Assembly (NCBI GenBank): GCA_965197925.1 | Contig: CBDAOC010000019.1 | Span: 64,001-128,000 of the forward strand | Reading direction: 5' to 3' | DNA length: 64,000 nucleotides | Source of the DNA: Nitrososphaerales archaeon | GTDB taxonomy: Archaea; Thermoproteota; Nitrososphaeria; Nitrososphaerales; UBA213 | Part shown: piece after piece, positions 32,123 to 43,771 of the stretch | Layout of the letters: each line of letters begins with the position of its first letter | How positions within the stretch are numbered: the first letter of the stretch is position 1 | Position numbers and translations under genes: made by a program | Notes under the pieces: model-generated | What the model was told of the DNA's origin: nothing | Databases searched by the model: none | What the model saw: the letters and a program-made list of their open reading frames with translations, nothing else

Positions 32123-33214
32123 TGAGACTTGGGCATAATTCAATTATAATATTATTTTGAAATTATTACTATTAGCTTCCCAACATATACTTCAATGCCC
32201 TAAGAGGCCTTCCTGTCAAGTAGTTGTAGTAAACCATTACCTGATACAACAATACTGATAACAACACTATACTCCTTACCTTATCAAATCCTCTAACAGG
32301 TAGTGGGTCTATATCAAATACATCCTTTATCTGCTCTATCAATGGCTCAACGCTTATGCTCCTCCGAGAATATACATGCTGTCCAAATTCAGAGTTATAG
32401 AACTGCAGCAATGCCAGTCTATTATTATCTGTAGTATGCTTGTACCTTTCCAATGGGAATACTGGATGCCCTCTATACCTGCTGAAATCACATAACTTGT
32501 GATCATCATATCCTTCATCTCCTACAACATACCTTACCATTCCTGTAGGCAATGAAGATGTTATGCTTTCATACATCCTGTTGTCAGTAATGTTAGCTGT
32601 TGTGAAATCAGCTGATAATGGAACTATCAACGAGCCTGTGCTACATGCTAGATGCATCTTGTATCCGAATATCCATCCTTGGTTCTGCTGAATCCCCATC
32701 GAGCATCTGTATCTATACCGGAGCGTGGCACTTCATTCTTCTTCATGTTTGATCTATGCCATACATGTCCCTTTGCTTTCAACAATGAACTGTCAACGGA
32801 TACTATGGCTGGGTCTACCAACCCATCTTTTATGAAGAGCATACCCATAGCACCTATCCTTGATCTTATGTCAATTGATATGGTCTTGAACCTTCTGTCG
32901 AATGTTCTTCTGTCTGGCAACCTATCAAGACCACATGCCTTCATTACCTTCCTGTTGTATGGCATGTCTAACGAAAAATATTGATGTAACACATTGTTGC
33001 CTGGTATTCTTACCCATACTCTAACGATGAAGCATCTACCATAACTGTAGGAGAATAGTAGAATGGTCTACCTCTTTTCCTATTAGGTTTTGTCCAAGGA
33101 ATCACGTCAATCAAAAATAATATATGAAGAAGTATGGAGTCTGAGCTAAACATATTACCAATGAAAATTGAAACCTGATCTTATCGATTCGAACTAAATT
33201 ACGCCTAAGCCTCA
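32123..33214 (-). mobile_element. IS element with frameshifted DDE transposase (DDE_Tnp_1, IS4/IS5/IS982-like)
   Basis: Inverted ends TGAGACTTGGGCATAATT / AATTACGCCTAAGCCTCA; motifs VSVDSS, FGYKMH, GDEGYD, SVEP split over several frames from the ATG at 33153. Confidence 0.88.
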
Positions 33215-33567
33215 AGTAATTGTGAAATCACCTTTGCTTTTAGATAGCTTCATTAATGTTAACTCTTATAAACATGAAAAAACAGATGCCTACTTTTTCC
33301 ATTCATTGTTTGTAGTAATTACCAGTCTGTAATACAAAGATGAATGTTTCCAGACTTAACCTATTTTCGGTTCAAGTATAATAATGATATTTCTGAATTA
33401 CCATTGTTAGATTGATTAATAGGGAAAAAAGTTAGAACAAGATTAAATTCTCATTCATTGAAAAAAAGTAAGGGTTATGTAGCCATCCCTGTGGCTTGAC
33501 CAAAACAATAACTTACATCGTTTTTAGTGAATGATTAATATAACTTCCCACCATTGCAAGTTCGAGT

Positions 33568-36500
33568 ATGCAGTCTGAAAAATTCGACATCAAGGCCATA
33601 GAAAAATTGATGGGGGAGTACTGGAAAGGCATAGATTTACGCAATTTGTTAAATATGGAAGTTGATAATAAGAGAAAGATAGCATTCGTAGAAGGTCCTC
33701 CTACAATGAATGGAGAACCTCATATGGGTCATATAAGAGGAAGAATAATGAAGGACCTTTGGTTTAGGTTTTCAACTCTGCGAAAATTCAAAGTTATTTT
33801 TCGTGCAGGATGGGATACCCAAGGATTGCCTGTCGAACTTCAGGCTGAAAAAGAACTAGGATTAACTGGGAGTAAAGCCGAAAACCTGAAAAATGTAGGC
33901 ATAGAGAAAATTATAGAACAGTGTAAGAAACTTGTGCATAAATATAACGAAAAATGGATCGAAGCAGATAAGTTGCTTGGTATGTCCTTTGATTATGAAA
34001 AGGCGTATTGGACATACAGTGATGAATACATAGAACGTGAATGGAAGTATTTGAAAAAAGCATGGGAACAAGGCATACTCGTAGAAGGATTTCAAGTAGT
34101 TGCGTATTGCCCAAGTTGTCAGACATCATTAAGTCATGCGGAAGTAAGTCAAAGTTATGAAAAGGTTGAAGATCCATCGTTATACTACAAGGTTAAACTC
34201 GCCGATGAAGATACATTTCTTATAATATGGACAACTATGCCGTTCACAGTTGTTACGGATGAAATGGTGGGGGTTAATCCTAGAGCCGATTATCTTTACA
34301 TTAAAGTTAATAACGAAAAATGGATAGTTGCTGAGAACAGGCTTCAACCGCTAACAAATGAATTAGATATTAAGGAATATTCTATATTAAGGAAAATAAA
34401 GGGGATTGATCTTGACGGAACGAGGTACATACATCCTCTACTTGATATCATTCCTGGTTTAAAGAAACTCGTTGATAAAATACATATCATTATAGCAGAT
34501 GATTTTGTTGACATAGAAAGTGGTAGCGGTCTGGTTCACCTTGCACCAGCCAACGGAGTGGAGGACCTGAGGATTGCCAACACTAGAAAGCTGCCAATAT
34601 TCAATCCAATAGACGACCAAGTTAGGTTTACGGAAGAAGCTGGTGAATTCAGCACAATATTCGTGCGCGATGCAGACAAAAAGATGATAGAGATTTTAAA
34701 ACAAAGGGATGCTTTAATCAAGATAGGTAGGATAAAACACGAATATCCAACGTGTTGGCGTTCTCATCATAAAATAGTATGGTTGGCTAGACGTGAATAT
34801 TTCAATATGATAGAAAAACTAAAGGATCTCACAGTAGAAGCAGCTGAAAATGTAGAGTACTTTTACAATGAGCCAAAAAACAGGTTTATTGGTATGATAA
34901 AAGAAAAGGTTCCATGGTGCGTTTCAAGGGAGAGAGTATGGGGAACGCCTTTACCAATTTGGATATGTTCTAATTGCAATAACAAGACAGCACTATTTAG
35001 CAGAAAGGAGATTGCGGCAAGGGCAAGCAAAACACCTGACGGCGAAAACTTTGAGCTACATAGACCATGGATAGATAGAATAATAGTAAAATGCAGTGAA
35101 TGCGGTTCTGATTCCTACCGAGAACCCTTTGTGCTGGATACATGGCATAACAGTGGTGCTGCCCCATATTCTTCATTAACGGATAGCGAATATGAGGAGT
35201 TGATACCTGTTCCCTTTCTAACAGAGGGCATTGATCAAACAAGGGGATGGGCCTATACATTACTAATACAAAATGTTATTTTCAATGGAGATGCTATAGC
35301 ACCGTTCAAGTCATTTCTATTCCAAGGTCATGTTTTGGATAAAAAAGGTCACAAGATGAGCAAGAGCTTAGGAAATGCAATGGATGGAGTTGAACTACTG
35401 AAAAACCATTCGGTTGATTTAATACGTTTTTACAGTATTTGGAAAGCAAACCCTATCGATGCCTTGAACTTTGGTGTAGATGAAATTGCAAAGAGACCTT
35501 ACCAAGTTTTGAGTACAATCTACTATCTGCACACATATTTCAAAAGCAATAGCGGGTATGATAATTTCGATAGTGGTAAGAATTGTATAGAATGGGCATT
35601 ATCCAATGGGCTCATACTGGGACCTGAAATTTGGCTGCTCTCCAAAATACAGAAACTTATTGAAGTGGTTACTAGTGGATATGAAAAATGTAGGTATCAT
35701 GAGGCTGCAAGAGCGATTGAAGAATTTGTGATAAATGATCTCAGCCAAACTTACATACCCCTGACCAGAAATGAGATTTGGGATGATAGTAAAGAAAATT
35801 TGAACAGAAGATTGGCGATCTACGCTACACTTGATGAAGTTCTAAAGATAATCAATATACTTTTACACCCAATAAGTCCGTTTATCACTGAGCATCTTTA
35901 CCACACATGTTTCAGCAGGAAGAAAAGTATACTCTTAGAAGAATGGCCTAACAAGAAAGAAAAATTTGTAGACGAAAATGTTGAACACGCTTTCGATACC
36001 CTTAGGGAAGTAGTTTCTGTTGCGGGGACTGCAAGGATGAAGGGACAACTGAAGCGTCGTTGGCCCTTGAAAAATGCATTCATTTGTATAAACATGAATG
36101 ATATTCATTCATTGCAATCTTTACATGAGTATTTAAAAGCGCAACTGAATGTAAATGATTTCAAACTTATTGGTATAGAAAAAGGAGGTGTCGGTGCAAG
36201 TATACTCGCATTGATTACTAATGATTTACCAGTGACACCAAGAATATCACTGAAACGTGCACATATTGCACCCAAGGTAAAAGCAGACATCGGTCTGGTG
36301 CAGAAAGAATTTGCAAATATAGATCAAGTAGAATTCTTAAAGATTCTTCTAAACAAAGGAGAATTTGATCTTAATTATGGAGGAAAGCAAGTAACTATAA
36401 CCGTTGACGATATTGAAATAGGATATGAAACAGGAAATGGTTTTGTACTGGCAGAACGCGGAAATATGGTTGTTATGCTTTCAACTGTTCGTGACAAAGA

Positions 36501-36768
36501 ACTCACAGCTAAAGGTATAGTTAGAGATCTAGCAAGGAGACTACAGTCGTTGAGAAAGTTAAGGGGTTACAATCCTACAGATATACTCGACACTGCATAT
36601 GTGGCAAATCTCAGTGAAGAGATGATAGAACTCATTGTAGGAATGAAAGATGAACTAGCCTATTTGGTGCGAGTTAAGAATGTTGAGCTGATGCCAGATG
36701 CTAAACAAGGAATAAAATGGGAAGAGGATGAGATAGATGGCATGTCTGTAAGACTATCTATAGAATAA
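33568..36768 (+). CDS. ileS: Isoleucine--tRNA ligase
   Basis: EGPP..NG.PHMGH (HIGH), GWD..GLPVE, WTTMP.T, WCVSRER.WGTP, EGIDQTRGW, KMSKS. Confidence 0.96.
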   Translation: MQSEKFDIKAIEKLMGEYWKGIDLRNLLNMEVDNKRKIAFVEGPPTMNGEPHMGHIRGRIMKDLWFRFSTLRKFKVIFRAGWDTQGLPVELQAEKELGLTGSKAENLKNVGIEKIIEQCKKLVHKYNEKWIEADKLLGMSFDYEKAYWTYSDEYIEREWKYLKKAWEQGILVEGFQVVAYCPSCQTSLSHAEVSQSYEKVEDPSLYYKVKLADEDTFLIIWTTMPFTVVTDEMVGVNPRADYLYIKVNNEKWIVAENRLQPLTNELDIKEYSILRKIKGIDLDGTRYIHPLLDIIPGLKKLVDKIHIIIADDFVDIESGSGLVHLAPANGVEDLRIANTRKLPIFNPIDDQVRFTEEAGEFSTIFVRDADKKMIEILKQRDALIKIGRIKHEYPTCWRSHHKIVWLARREYFNMIEKLKDLTVEAAENVEYFYNEPKNRFIGMIKEKVPWCVSRERVWGTPLPIWICSNCNNKTALFSRKEIAARASKTPDGENFELHRPWIDRIIVKCSECGSDSYREPFVLDTWHNSGAAPYSSLTDSEYEELIPVPFLTEGIDQTRGWAYTLLIQNVIFNGDAIAPFKSFLFQGHVLDKKGHKMSKSLGNAMDGVELLKNHSVDLIRFYSIWKANPIDALNFGVDEIAKRPYQVLSTIYYLHTYFKSNSGYDNFDSGKNCIEWALSNGLILGPEIWLLSKIQKLIEVVTSGYEKCRYHEAARAIEEFVINDLSQTYIPLTRNEIWDDSKENLNRRLAIYATLDEVLKIINILLHPISPFITEHLYHTCFSRKKSILLEEWPNKKEKFVDENVEHAFDTLREVVSVAGTARMKGQLKRRWPLKNAFICINMNDIHSLQSLHEYLKAQLNVNDFKLIGIEKGGVGASILALITNDLPVTPRISLKRAHIAPKVKADIGLVQKEFANIDQVEFLKILLNKGEFDLNYGGKQVTITVDDIEIGYETGNGFVLAERGNMVVMLSTVRDKELTAKGIVRDLARRLQSLRKLRGYNPTDILDTAYVANLSEEMIELIVGMKDELAYLVRVKNVELMPDAKQGIKWEEDEIDGMSVRLSIE

Positions 36769-37058
36769 TGAGTAAGAATATGGCTCTAATAAATATTCGA
36801 TTATGTCATTGTTATGATATCAAGGCAATATTTCTTATATCTTTATTCTGGTTATCCAGTAAAAAAGTTATTCCAATTGGCTAGTATAAAAAATAAATCC
36901 TGTATAACTAATACACCAAACCTATTTAACGAAATATCCAACCCGTTATTTAGAGCTGTGATAGGAAATTGTAAAACCAAGGACCGGTCACAAAATTAGC
37001 CCTCACCCAATTTCTTCCACCAAACCAGATCTAGTATTACCTTATCACATCTCAATCT

Positions 37059-37200
37059 ATGAAGCAAAACAAGGAAAAAATACCAACGATTTGGAAAATA
37101 CCGGATGATTTATGGAATGAAATGAAAAATATACTCATGTCAAAAGCCGGCAGATATAATTAGAAGACCTGTTTTACCATACAGAAAAGTGGTAGACATA
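37059..37200 (+). pseudogene. IS5-type transposase N-terminal remnant
   Basis: MKQNKEKIPTIWKIPDDLWNEMK..RPVLPYRKVVD resembles the transposase at 59704; cut off by the next IS. Confidence 0.65.
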
Positions 37201-37202
37201 AT

Positions 37203-38080
37203 CAACTCATCTCAAAACCCTACAATACATCAAAAATGATGCAAGATTAACAAATGCCAGATAGTTTTCTGCCGTTCTTTCATATCTGATCCTGGTTCTG
37301 TGGAACCCATTCTTCAACCAGGCAAAGAATCTCTCAACTACAAATCTTGTCTTGTTGTAATGTTTGTAATCATTATTTTGCAAGATGAATTTAGAATTTA
37401 TTTTGTATGGGATGCAACATGCAATATTTCTATCCCACAAATACATTCTGATGTATTTTGCATCATTTTGTCTGCATAAACTGATTCTATCTGTTGTATT
37501 GAATCATCATCAAGATAGTCTGAAATTGATTCTATAACATCCATGCATTTTGTACTTTGTGTCATGTTCATTTGCTGGACTCAACAGTATGGATATTGGA
37601 AATCCGTTACTCTCTACTGCGGCATGTATTTTTGTACCTGTTATTCTCTTGAATCCATTATATCCAGTTACATTGCCCCTTTTTTATTAGGAATGGATGA
37701 AGAGTCAACTGATATTTTTTGTAGATTAATTTTGCCAGATTTATGTGCTGAGTGAATAGTACGTGATAGAATCTTTTTCCAGATTCCTTTTTGTTGCCAT
37801 TTGTTTAACCTTCTGTTTGCAGTAGAATCATCACCATATCTTTTTGGCATATCGTCCCATCGGCATCCAGTAGTTAGAACATGGATTATTCCGTTAATGA
37901 TTTTTCTATCATCATCCCTAGGCCTGCCAGTTTTTGCATGTGGTGGTATGTGTGATTCTATCATACTCCACTGTTTGTCTGATAATTCTTGGAATTTCAT
38001 AAAATAATTTTAGATGTCGCTATTCATGGATCTAAATGGTCGCTAAAAATTGTCTAAATGGTTAGTTTTGAGATGAGTTG
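37203..38080 (-). mobile_element. IS5-family (IS427-like) element, decayed
   Basis: 16-bp perfect TIR CAACTCATCTCAAAAC; orfA ELSDKQW..TGRPR..TGCRWDDMP, AAAAAAGGGG slippery site, orfB RFVVERFFAWLK. Confidence 0.92.
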
Positions 38081-38651
38081 TATTTATTGGCATGTCAGAA
38101 CCAATATTTACAAACTTAATCAGGGTTAGATTACTTCACTGATAAGGAATTGGGTAGTATAAGGAAACCAATTGAGAGAATATATTGGTATAATGGGGAA
38201 TTATCTTCTTGTCGTATTACAATTCCGGCTGCTTGTAGCTTCATTATCAAGAAAATTCGTATGATGCATGTGATTTCTAATCATGATGCGAGGTCATGGG
38301 AAAGTCAACCAATATGACATTAACTGGAAAATATTCTGTTATCGAACTACGTAGTAGATGTTCGATGGAAATATTATCAGAACATTTCCTCTATGGTATA
38401 GGTAATTGATTTACCCACGTTTATCAACGCACTGCAATAAGTTAAAACCATGGTCTAAGAAAAAATAAGGCAAACCTTTGGAAAGTATGAGATTAACTCA
38501 ACATATACAAAGCGGAACTCTAGTCCTACGAACCAAAAGAGAGGATGAATTATAAAGAATAATAGATGATTGTGAAGCCTTTTATTATTGTGGTTGTTTT
38601 TGTTATTGTTCAACGATGACTGCATTTTGGCACTAGTATTCTATTATTCCA

Positions 38652-39218
38652 TTACACATTCTTCTTAAATTTTTCAACGATTTCCTTTGTCCTTTCACGT
38701 TCTGATTGTGAAGGTTTTGCTACGTTCGTGTTCATTATCCAATATTTTCCACTATGGTAGACAAGTGGTTCCTTATTTGAATTAGACACATCAACAACTT
38801 CACCAACAAACATTGTATGATCTCCCAGAGAAATTTCATGTAATAATTTACATTCAGCATTCATTGCGGTGTCTTTAATCATGGGTGCTTTAATCTTATT
38901 TGCTTTGTAAAATTCAAATCCAAGTTCCTTAAGGGCGTTTATCTTGTCGTACTCTTTACCGGAGTAGCCCCCAGATACACTGGACATGACTGATTGATCA
39001 TTAGCACAAAGATTCACTCCAAACTCTTTTGTGTGATTAATATTCTCATGAGTTGCGTCATGTGGTCTTATACAAACTGCTATCAAACCAGGGCTAAATG
39101 AGATATGATGGGTCCATTCGCAAGCCATTACCCCAGGTCCATTGGGACCATCACTAGTAATCAAACCTAAATTGGTTATGAATTTGTTTGAACTCTTATC
39201 CCCTAATGGTAAATCCAT
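38652..39218 (-). CDS. Flavin reductase-like (DIM6/NTAB) protein
   Basis: MACEW..ISFSP, T.ENI....EFGVN, ECKL, GDHTMFVGEV, PLVYH. Confidence 0.88.
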   Translation of the reverse strand: MDLPLGDKSSNKFITNLGLITSDGPNGPGVMACEWTHHISFSPGLIAVCIRPHDATHENINHTKEFGVNLCANDQSVMSSVSGGYSGKEYDKINALKELGFEFYKANKIKAPMIKDTAMNAECKLLHEISLGDHTMFVGEVVDVSNSNKEPLVYHSGKYWIMNTNVAKPSQSERERTKEIVEKFKKNV

Positions 39219-39747
39219 TGATTCTTATCTCCCTTCCTTCCTAGTTGCTATGGCCTTTTACCACTATTTTATTTTATCCAGATCTGATATAACAATATAA
39301 TTGCAGGAGATTTATTTTATTAGATTGAATTTTAATCCCAACATTCAAAGTATTTTGCACGAATTCTATCCATCAGAAAGTACCATGTATAGGAAAGGAT
39401 CCGATATTAGATCTACAAGATATTACACTATTTAAATAGCAATTGAGTGGGACAATTCTAGAATAATTTCAGTTAAACAACGCCTAACTCCTACATGTTA
39501 TATACAAGATGATCCGACCAATTTAGGGATAGGATCTAAAGTTACATTCAGAAAAGCTAAGAATACAGATGTCTGTGCGAGACGGTGTTAGCCACAATTA
39601 ACTTTCGTATATCGAACCATATTAGCAGATATAGAATTCTTGATATATAGTAGAATGACCGTATAATAAATAAAATCGTGTATGGTTCAAATGTTACCAA
39701 AGCACAACAAAACAATAAATAGTTAAATTACGATAATATAATCAACG

Positions 39748-42700
39748 ATGAAGATTCTAGCAGCTGTGATTTTATCGGCCGTGCTTGTAATGTCAGTATT
39801 TGCGTCCTCACAAAGCTTTGGTATGCACGATAACCATTCATCTTTGAAAATGACAATTGATAAAACTGATTATCTACAGGGCGAAACAATTGAGCTCTCT
39901 GGAGCAGTAACTCCACTTAAAGAAAATGTTCCCGTGCATATTGAAATATGGGATCCTTTTGGCGACAAGTATATTTTTACAGAAATTTTGCCCGAACAAA
40001 GTGAGGTGAACTCAGGCTCTTACTCTTACAATTTCAGTGTGGCTGAGGAAGCACCACTTGGAATCTGGAATATTCATGCAAAGTACTCTAGCCAATACAT
40101 GTCCTACGGCAGTGCAAATGCATTGTTCAGGGTTAGCGATAGTATAGACATTGTATCAACACCTTTAGCCCAAATTACTGTTGATGGAATTATTGATTCA
40201 AGCTCGGGAGAGTGGGCGCACAAGTATGACACCAAGCACTGGACGCCCTTTGTCTTTGATCCAAGAGAAATAGAGGGCAATATTGCCTTTAATGCTTATT
40301 ACGTTAATGGTATTTTATATGCGAGCTTCGATATCCCAGATAAGGTCTTTCACTCCAAAGACTTTGTAGAATTGGGAATAGATGTCAATAATGTTGGAGA
40401 AGAATTTCAAATAGGAGATGAAGTTTACATCTTCAAGATTTATAGAGATGGAACATACGAATCTTTCAGATTAGGTACCGAGCATGTTGTGGGTCAAGAT
40501 GCTAGTCATTACTTCAGCGCCAAAGCGGATGAGGCTGGAGATATCAGAATACAAATATTTGATCAAGACGGTAACTTTGTAGAAGCTTTTGAATCCCTAA
40601 GGAATACATCATCCAAATCATACAAGGGTGTATTGGGTGTTGCCGGAATAGAGGTTGATCAAGAAGGTAATCTTTTCTTGCTCGATAGTGACAGTGGAGT
40701 TGTAAGCAAGTTTGATGCACGGGGAGAGTTTCAAGGTGCTTTTGGTTCCTTAGGAACTGACATTAAGGAGTTTATTGATCCAACAGGAATTGCTTTGGAT
40801 TCTGAAGGAAACATTTACGTTGCAGACACAGGTAATGCGAGGGTTCAGAAGTTTGACAAACAATCCAAATTCGTAGGAGCCTTTGGTTCAATGGGAATTC
40901 TATCGGTTGGAATGATGCAGGCTGGAGATGATTCGGGAGAAAATATCCGTCATGATTTGTTTGAGAGTCCTGAAGGAATTACGGTAGATCCATCTGGTGA
41001 GATCTTTGTGGTAGATAGAAGAGCCGGCACTGTAAGCGTATTTGACGGGGATGGTAATTATGTAAAGTCGTTTGGCTCGTTGGTAAACCCCTCAAGTATT
41101 GCAATTGACTCACGAGGGTATGTTTATGTTGTTGAGCAAGGAAATAACAGAATAATAAAATCTGACCAGAACGGAAATATCATATTGACATGGGGGACCT
41201 TTGGGAATGATGATGGATTATTCAAGAACGCATATGGTATTGCTATAGATTCTGGAGACAATGTTTATGTTTCTGATAGTGTTAACCACAGCATACAAAA
41301 GTTTGACGGCAATGGTAACTTCATCGCAAAGTGGGGAACCATAGGTGTGAATCCAGGTGAATTAAATGGTCCACATGGCTTGGCAATAGATTCCTCAGAT
41401 AACATCTATGTTGCTGATGCCAACAATTATCGTGTACAAAAGTTCGATTCTGTTGGGGAATTCGTGATGGAAATGGGGACAAAGGGGACTGCCCTTGGGG
41501 AATTCAACAAGCCCAGAGATGTAACCTTAGACTCGGAAGGAAACATTTACGTTACGGATGTTTTTAATAAGAGAGTTCAGAAATTTGATGGTGACGGCAC
41601 GGTTCAACTGGAATGGGGTACAAATGGTGTTGGTAATGGTGAGTTTAGGGGACCATTCGGTATCGCAATAGATGCTGCTGATAGCATTTACGTTGCAGAT
41701 CCATTAAACAGAAGAATCCAGAAGTTTGACTCTGGTGGTAATATGCAACTGAGATGGGGAAGCGGAGAATTTAAAGAGGCCTCTTCTATCAGTGATATTC
41801 CTAATGATGGAAATTATATTGCAATGGAAAGTAATTCTCACGAACCTATTGGAGTGATAGATAGGAAACTTGTTAATGAAAATGGAGTAGGTTCTTACTT
41901 TATCGAGAGTGGGAGTATATGGAAAATTCAGCACATTTTCAGGGACACTGTATATATCAAATCTCTTGACTATGTAAGGAATGAAGATCCTGTTCTATCA
42001 TGGACACCAGACGGAATAGATGTTGATTCATACGGTAATGTGTACATAGTTGATAGGGAGAATGAGGTAGCAAAGAAGTTCGAACCCAATGGTAAACTAG
42101 TTTCAAAATGGGGATCAACTGGAGTAGGTGAAGGCGAGTTCTCAAAGCCGACAGCAATGAAATTGGATTCAGAAAACAACGTGTTCATCGTGGATACGGG
42201 TAACAATAGGATGCAGAAGTTTGATAGCGAGGGTAATTATATAACGGCTTGGGGTTCCCTTGGCGAAGAATCTGGCAAATTCAATGATCCTCGTGGAATA
42301 GATATAGATCGCCAAGACAATGTATACGTACTTGATAATGGAAACAACAGAGTGCAAAAGTTTGACAGTAATGGCAACTTCATAACTGAATGGGGTTCCC
42401 AGGGTTCTTCTTCAGGTCAATTCGATAATCTAAGCACTGAGGGAATAACTGTAGATCCAGAAGGTAGAGTCTATATTGCTGATCTACCGGGGGAGAATAG
42501 GGCATCTCACTGGATAGCTGAGGTGGCTATACCTTTATTTGCAAAGGGTGACACGTTCCGCATGTTTCTTGCTGAAGGAACATATGGTGATCATCAGGCA
42601 GTAGATCTCTCAAAAGCAGATTCTGTGAATATATACGATGTTTACAGAAATGCATGGCCATCAGGGGCAATATCGGTACTTCCAGAAACATGGGCCAAGG

Positions 42701-43743
42701 CTACACTGGTTGATATTGAAGAAATAAAAGTTGAGTCCGAAATAATTATAGACACAGTAAGATCATGTACAAAAGAAATTTGCAGTGACTTGAACGACTT
42801 TACCAATCCAGTGCCAACAGGTGACAATGTTATAGTTACATCAAGAGTTGTAGCTGATACATCCTTTGGTAAGTTCGAATATGATGGAACCCAAGTGACA
42901 CTCCAATATAGCCTAGATGGGGAAGAATGGACAGATGTAGACTCCAAGTTCGTACTGGTATCAAAAGAGGTTCCCGCAGCAGTAACCCTAAAGTGGACTC
43001 CGATGGACTCCGGTGAGGCAATGATTAGGGTAATATCTTCTGGTCTGCTTACAGAAGAATCCACAAGCGACCTTATGACTTTGAAAGTGGAGGAGTCTGA
43101 CTCATTCAAGATAAGGGCTAATGTGGAATGGTCACCAGATAGGATAATGCAGGATGAGCCAGTGGAGTTTGAACTAGAATTTACTGGTGCTGATGAAAAC
43201 ATGTTACAGAGTTTGAATTACGATTTGAGGATAATTGAAGATGATGTGACGGTAGCAGATCTGCCGTTGGTGCATATAGAAGATGGTAAAGATATGTTCA
43301 AGTATAGATTCAAACACTCGGGGTTGCACATCCTACAGGTGCATGTAAACGCAATTGGGGATGTAGATGACTTTATACCAATGAAGAAGATCTTCAACTA
43401 CAAGATTGATGTTCAACCAGTAGATACCCCATTGAAAGTAACTACTATACAAAAGGGAGAGGCTATGAAGATTAAGCTCAAGAATCGTGATATTGGTAAT
43501 CTCCGGTTGAATTCAATAGTTCTAAACCTTACAAATATTGATAAGGTCAATTTCAAACTTCCGGAGAGCTGGACAAGCAGTTTAAATACAGAATCAATGA
43601 CAATCCAATTTAGCACAGAGGAAAACCCACTTTCAGGTGGAGATTCTATGGAATTTATTGTAAGATCAAAAGCTTTTGTAAAATCGCTTTACAGTGTTTG
43701 TTGGGATCTTGAACAGTCAGCATTGGAAGTAAAGGTCTGCTGA
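39748..43743 (+). CDS. Large secreted NHL-repeat beta-propeller protein
   Basis: Signal peptide; more than 12 repeats of F..P.GIAIDS.GN.YV.D..N.R.QKFD..G; Ig-like flanking domains. Confidence 0.9.
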   Translation: MKILAAVILSAVLVMSVFASSQSFGMHDNHSSLKMTIDKTDYLQGETIELSGAVTPLKENVPVHIEIWDPFGDKYIFTEILPEQSEVNSGSYSYNFSVAEEAPLGIWNIHAKYSSQYMSYGSANALFRVSDSIDIVSTPLAQITVDGIIDSSSGEWAHKYDTKHWTPFVFDPREIEGNIAFNAYYVNGILYASFDIPDKVFHSKDFVELGIDVNNVGEEFQIGDEVYIFKIYRDGTYESFRLGTEHVVGQDASHYFSAKADEAGDIRIQIFDQDGNFVEAFESLRNTSSKSYKGVLGVAGIEVDQEGNLFLLDSDSGVVSKFDARGEFQGAFGSLGTDIKEFIDPTGIALDSEGNIYVADTGNARVQKFDKQSKFVGAFGSMGILSVGMMQAGDDSGENIRHDLFESPEGITVDPSGEIFVVDRRAGTVSVFDGDGNYVKSFGSLVNPSSIAIDSRGYVYVVEQGNNRIIKSDQNGNIILTWGTFGNDDGLFKNAYGIAIDSGDNVYVSDSVNHSIQKFDGNGNFIAKWGTIGVNPGELNGPHGLAIDSSDNIYVADANNYRVQKFDSVGEFVMEMGTKGTALGEFNKPRDVTLDSEGNIYVTDVFNKRVQKFDGDGTVQLEWGTNGVGNGEFRGPFGIAIDAADSIYVADPLNRRIQKFDSGGNMQLRWGSGEFKEASSISDIPNDGNYIAMESNSHEPIGVIDRKLVNENGVGSYFIESGSIWKIQHIFRDTVYIKSLDYVRNEDPVLSWTPDGIDVDSYGNVYIVDRENEVAKKFEPNGKLVSKWGSTGVGEGEFSKPTAMKLDSENNVFIVDTGNNRMQKFDSEGNYITAWGSLGEESGKFNDPRGIDIDRQDNVYVLDNGNNRVQKFDSNGNFITEWGSQGSSSGQFDNLSTEGITVDPEGRVYIADLPGENRASHWIAEVAIPLFAKGDTFRMFLAEGTYGDHQAVDLSKADSVNIYDVYRNAWPSGAISVLPETWAKATLVDIEEIKVESEIIIDTVRSCTKEICSDLNDFTNPVPTGDNVIVTSRVVADTSFGKFEYDGTQVTLQYSLDGEEWTDVDSKFVLVSKEVPAAVTLKWTPMDSGEAMIRVISSGLLTEESTSDLMTLKVEESDSFKIRANVEWSPDRIMQDEPVEFELEFTGADENMLQSLNYDLRIIEDDVTVADLPLVHIEDGKDMFKYRFKHSGLHILQVHVNAIGDVDDFIPMKKIFNYKIDVQPVDTPLKVTTIQKGEAMKIKLKNRDIGNLRLNSIVLNLTNIDKVNFKLPESWTSSLNTESMTIQFSTEENPLSGGDSMEFIVRSKAFVKSLYSVCWDLEQSALEVKVC

Positions 43744-43771
43744 TTAACCAAAAGTACAGAGGAGTGGAAGT

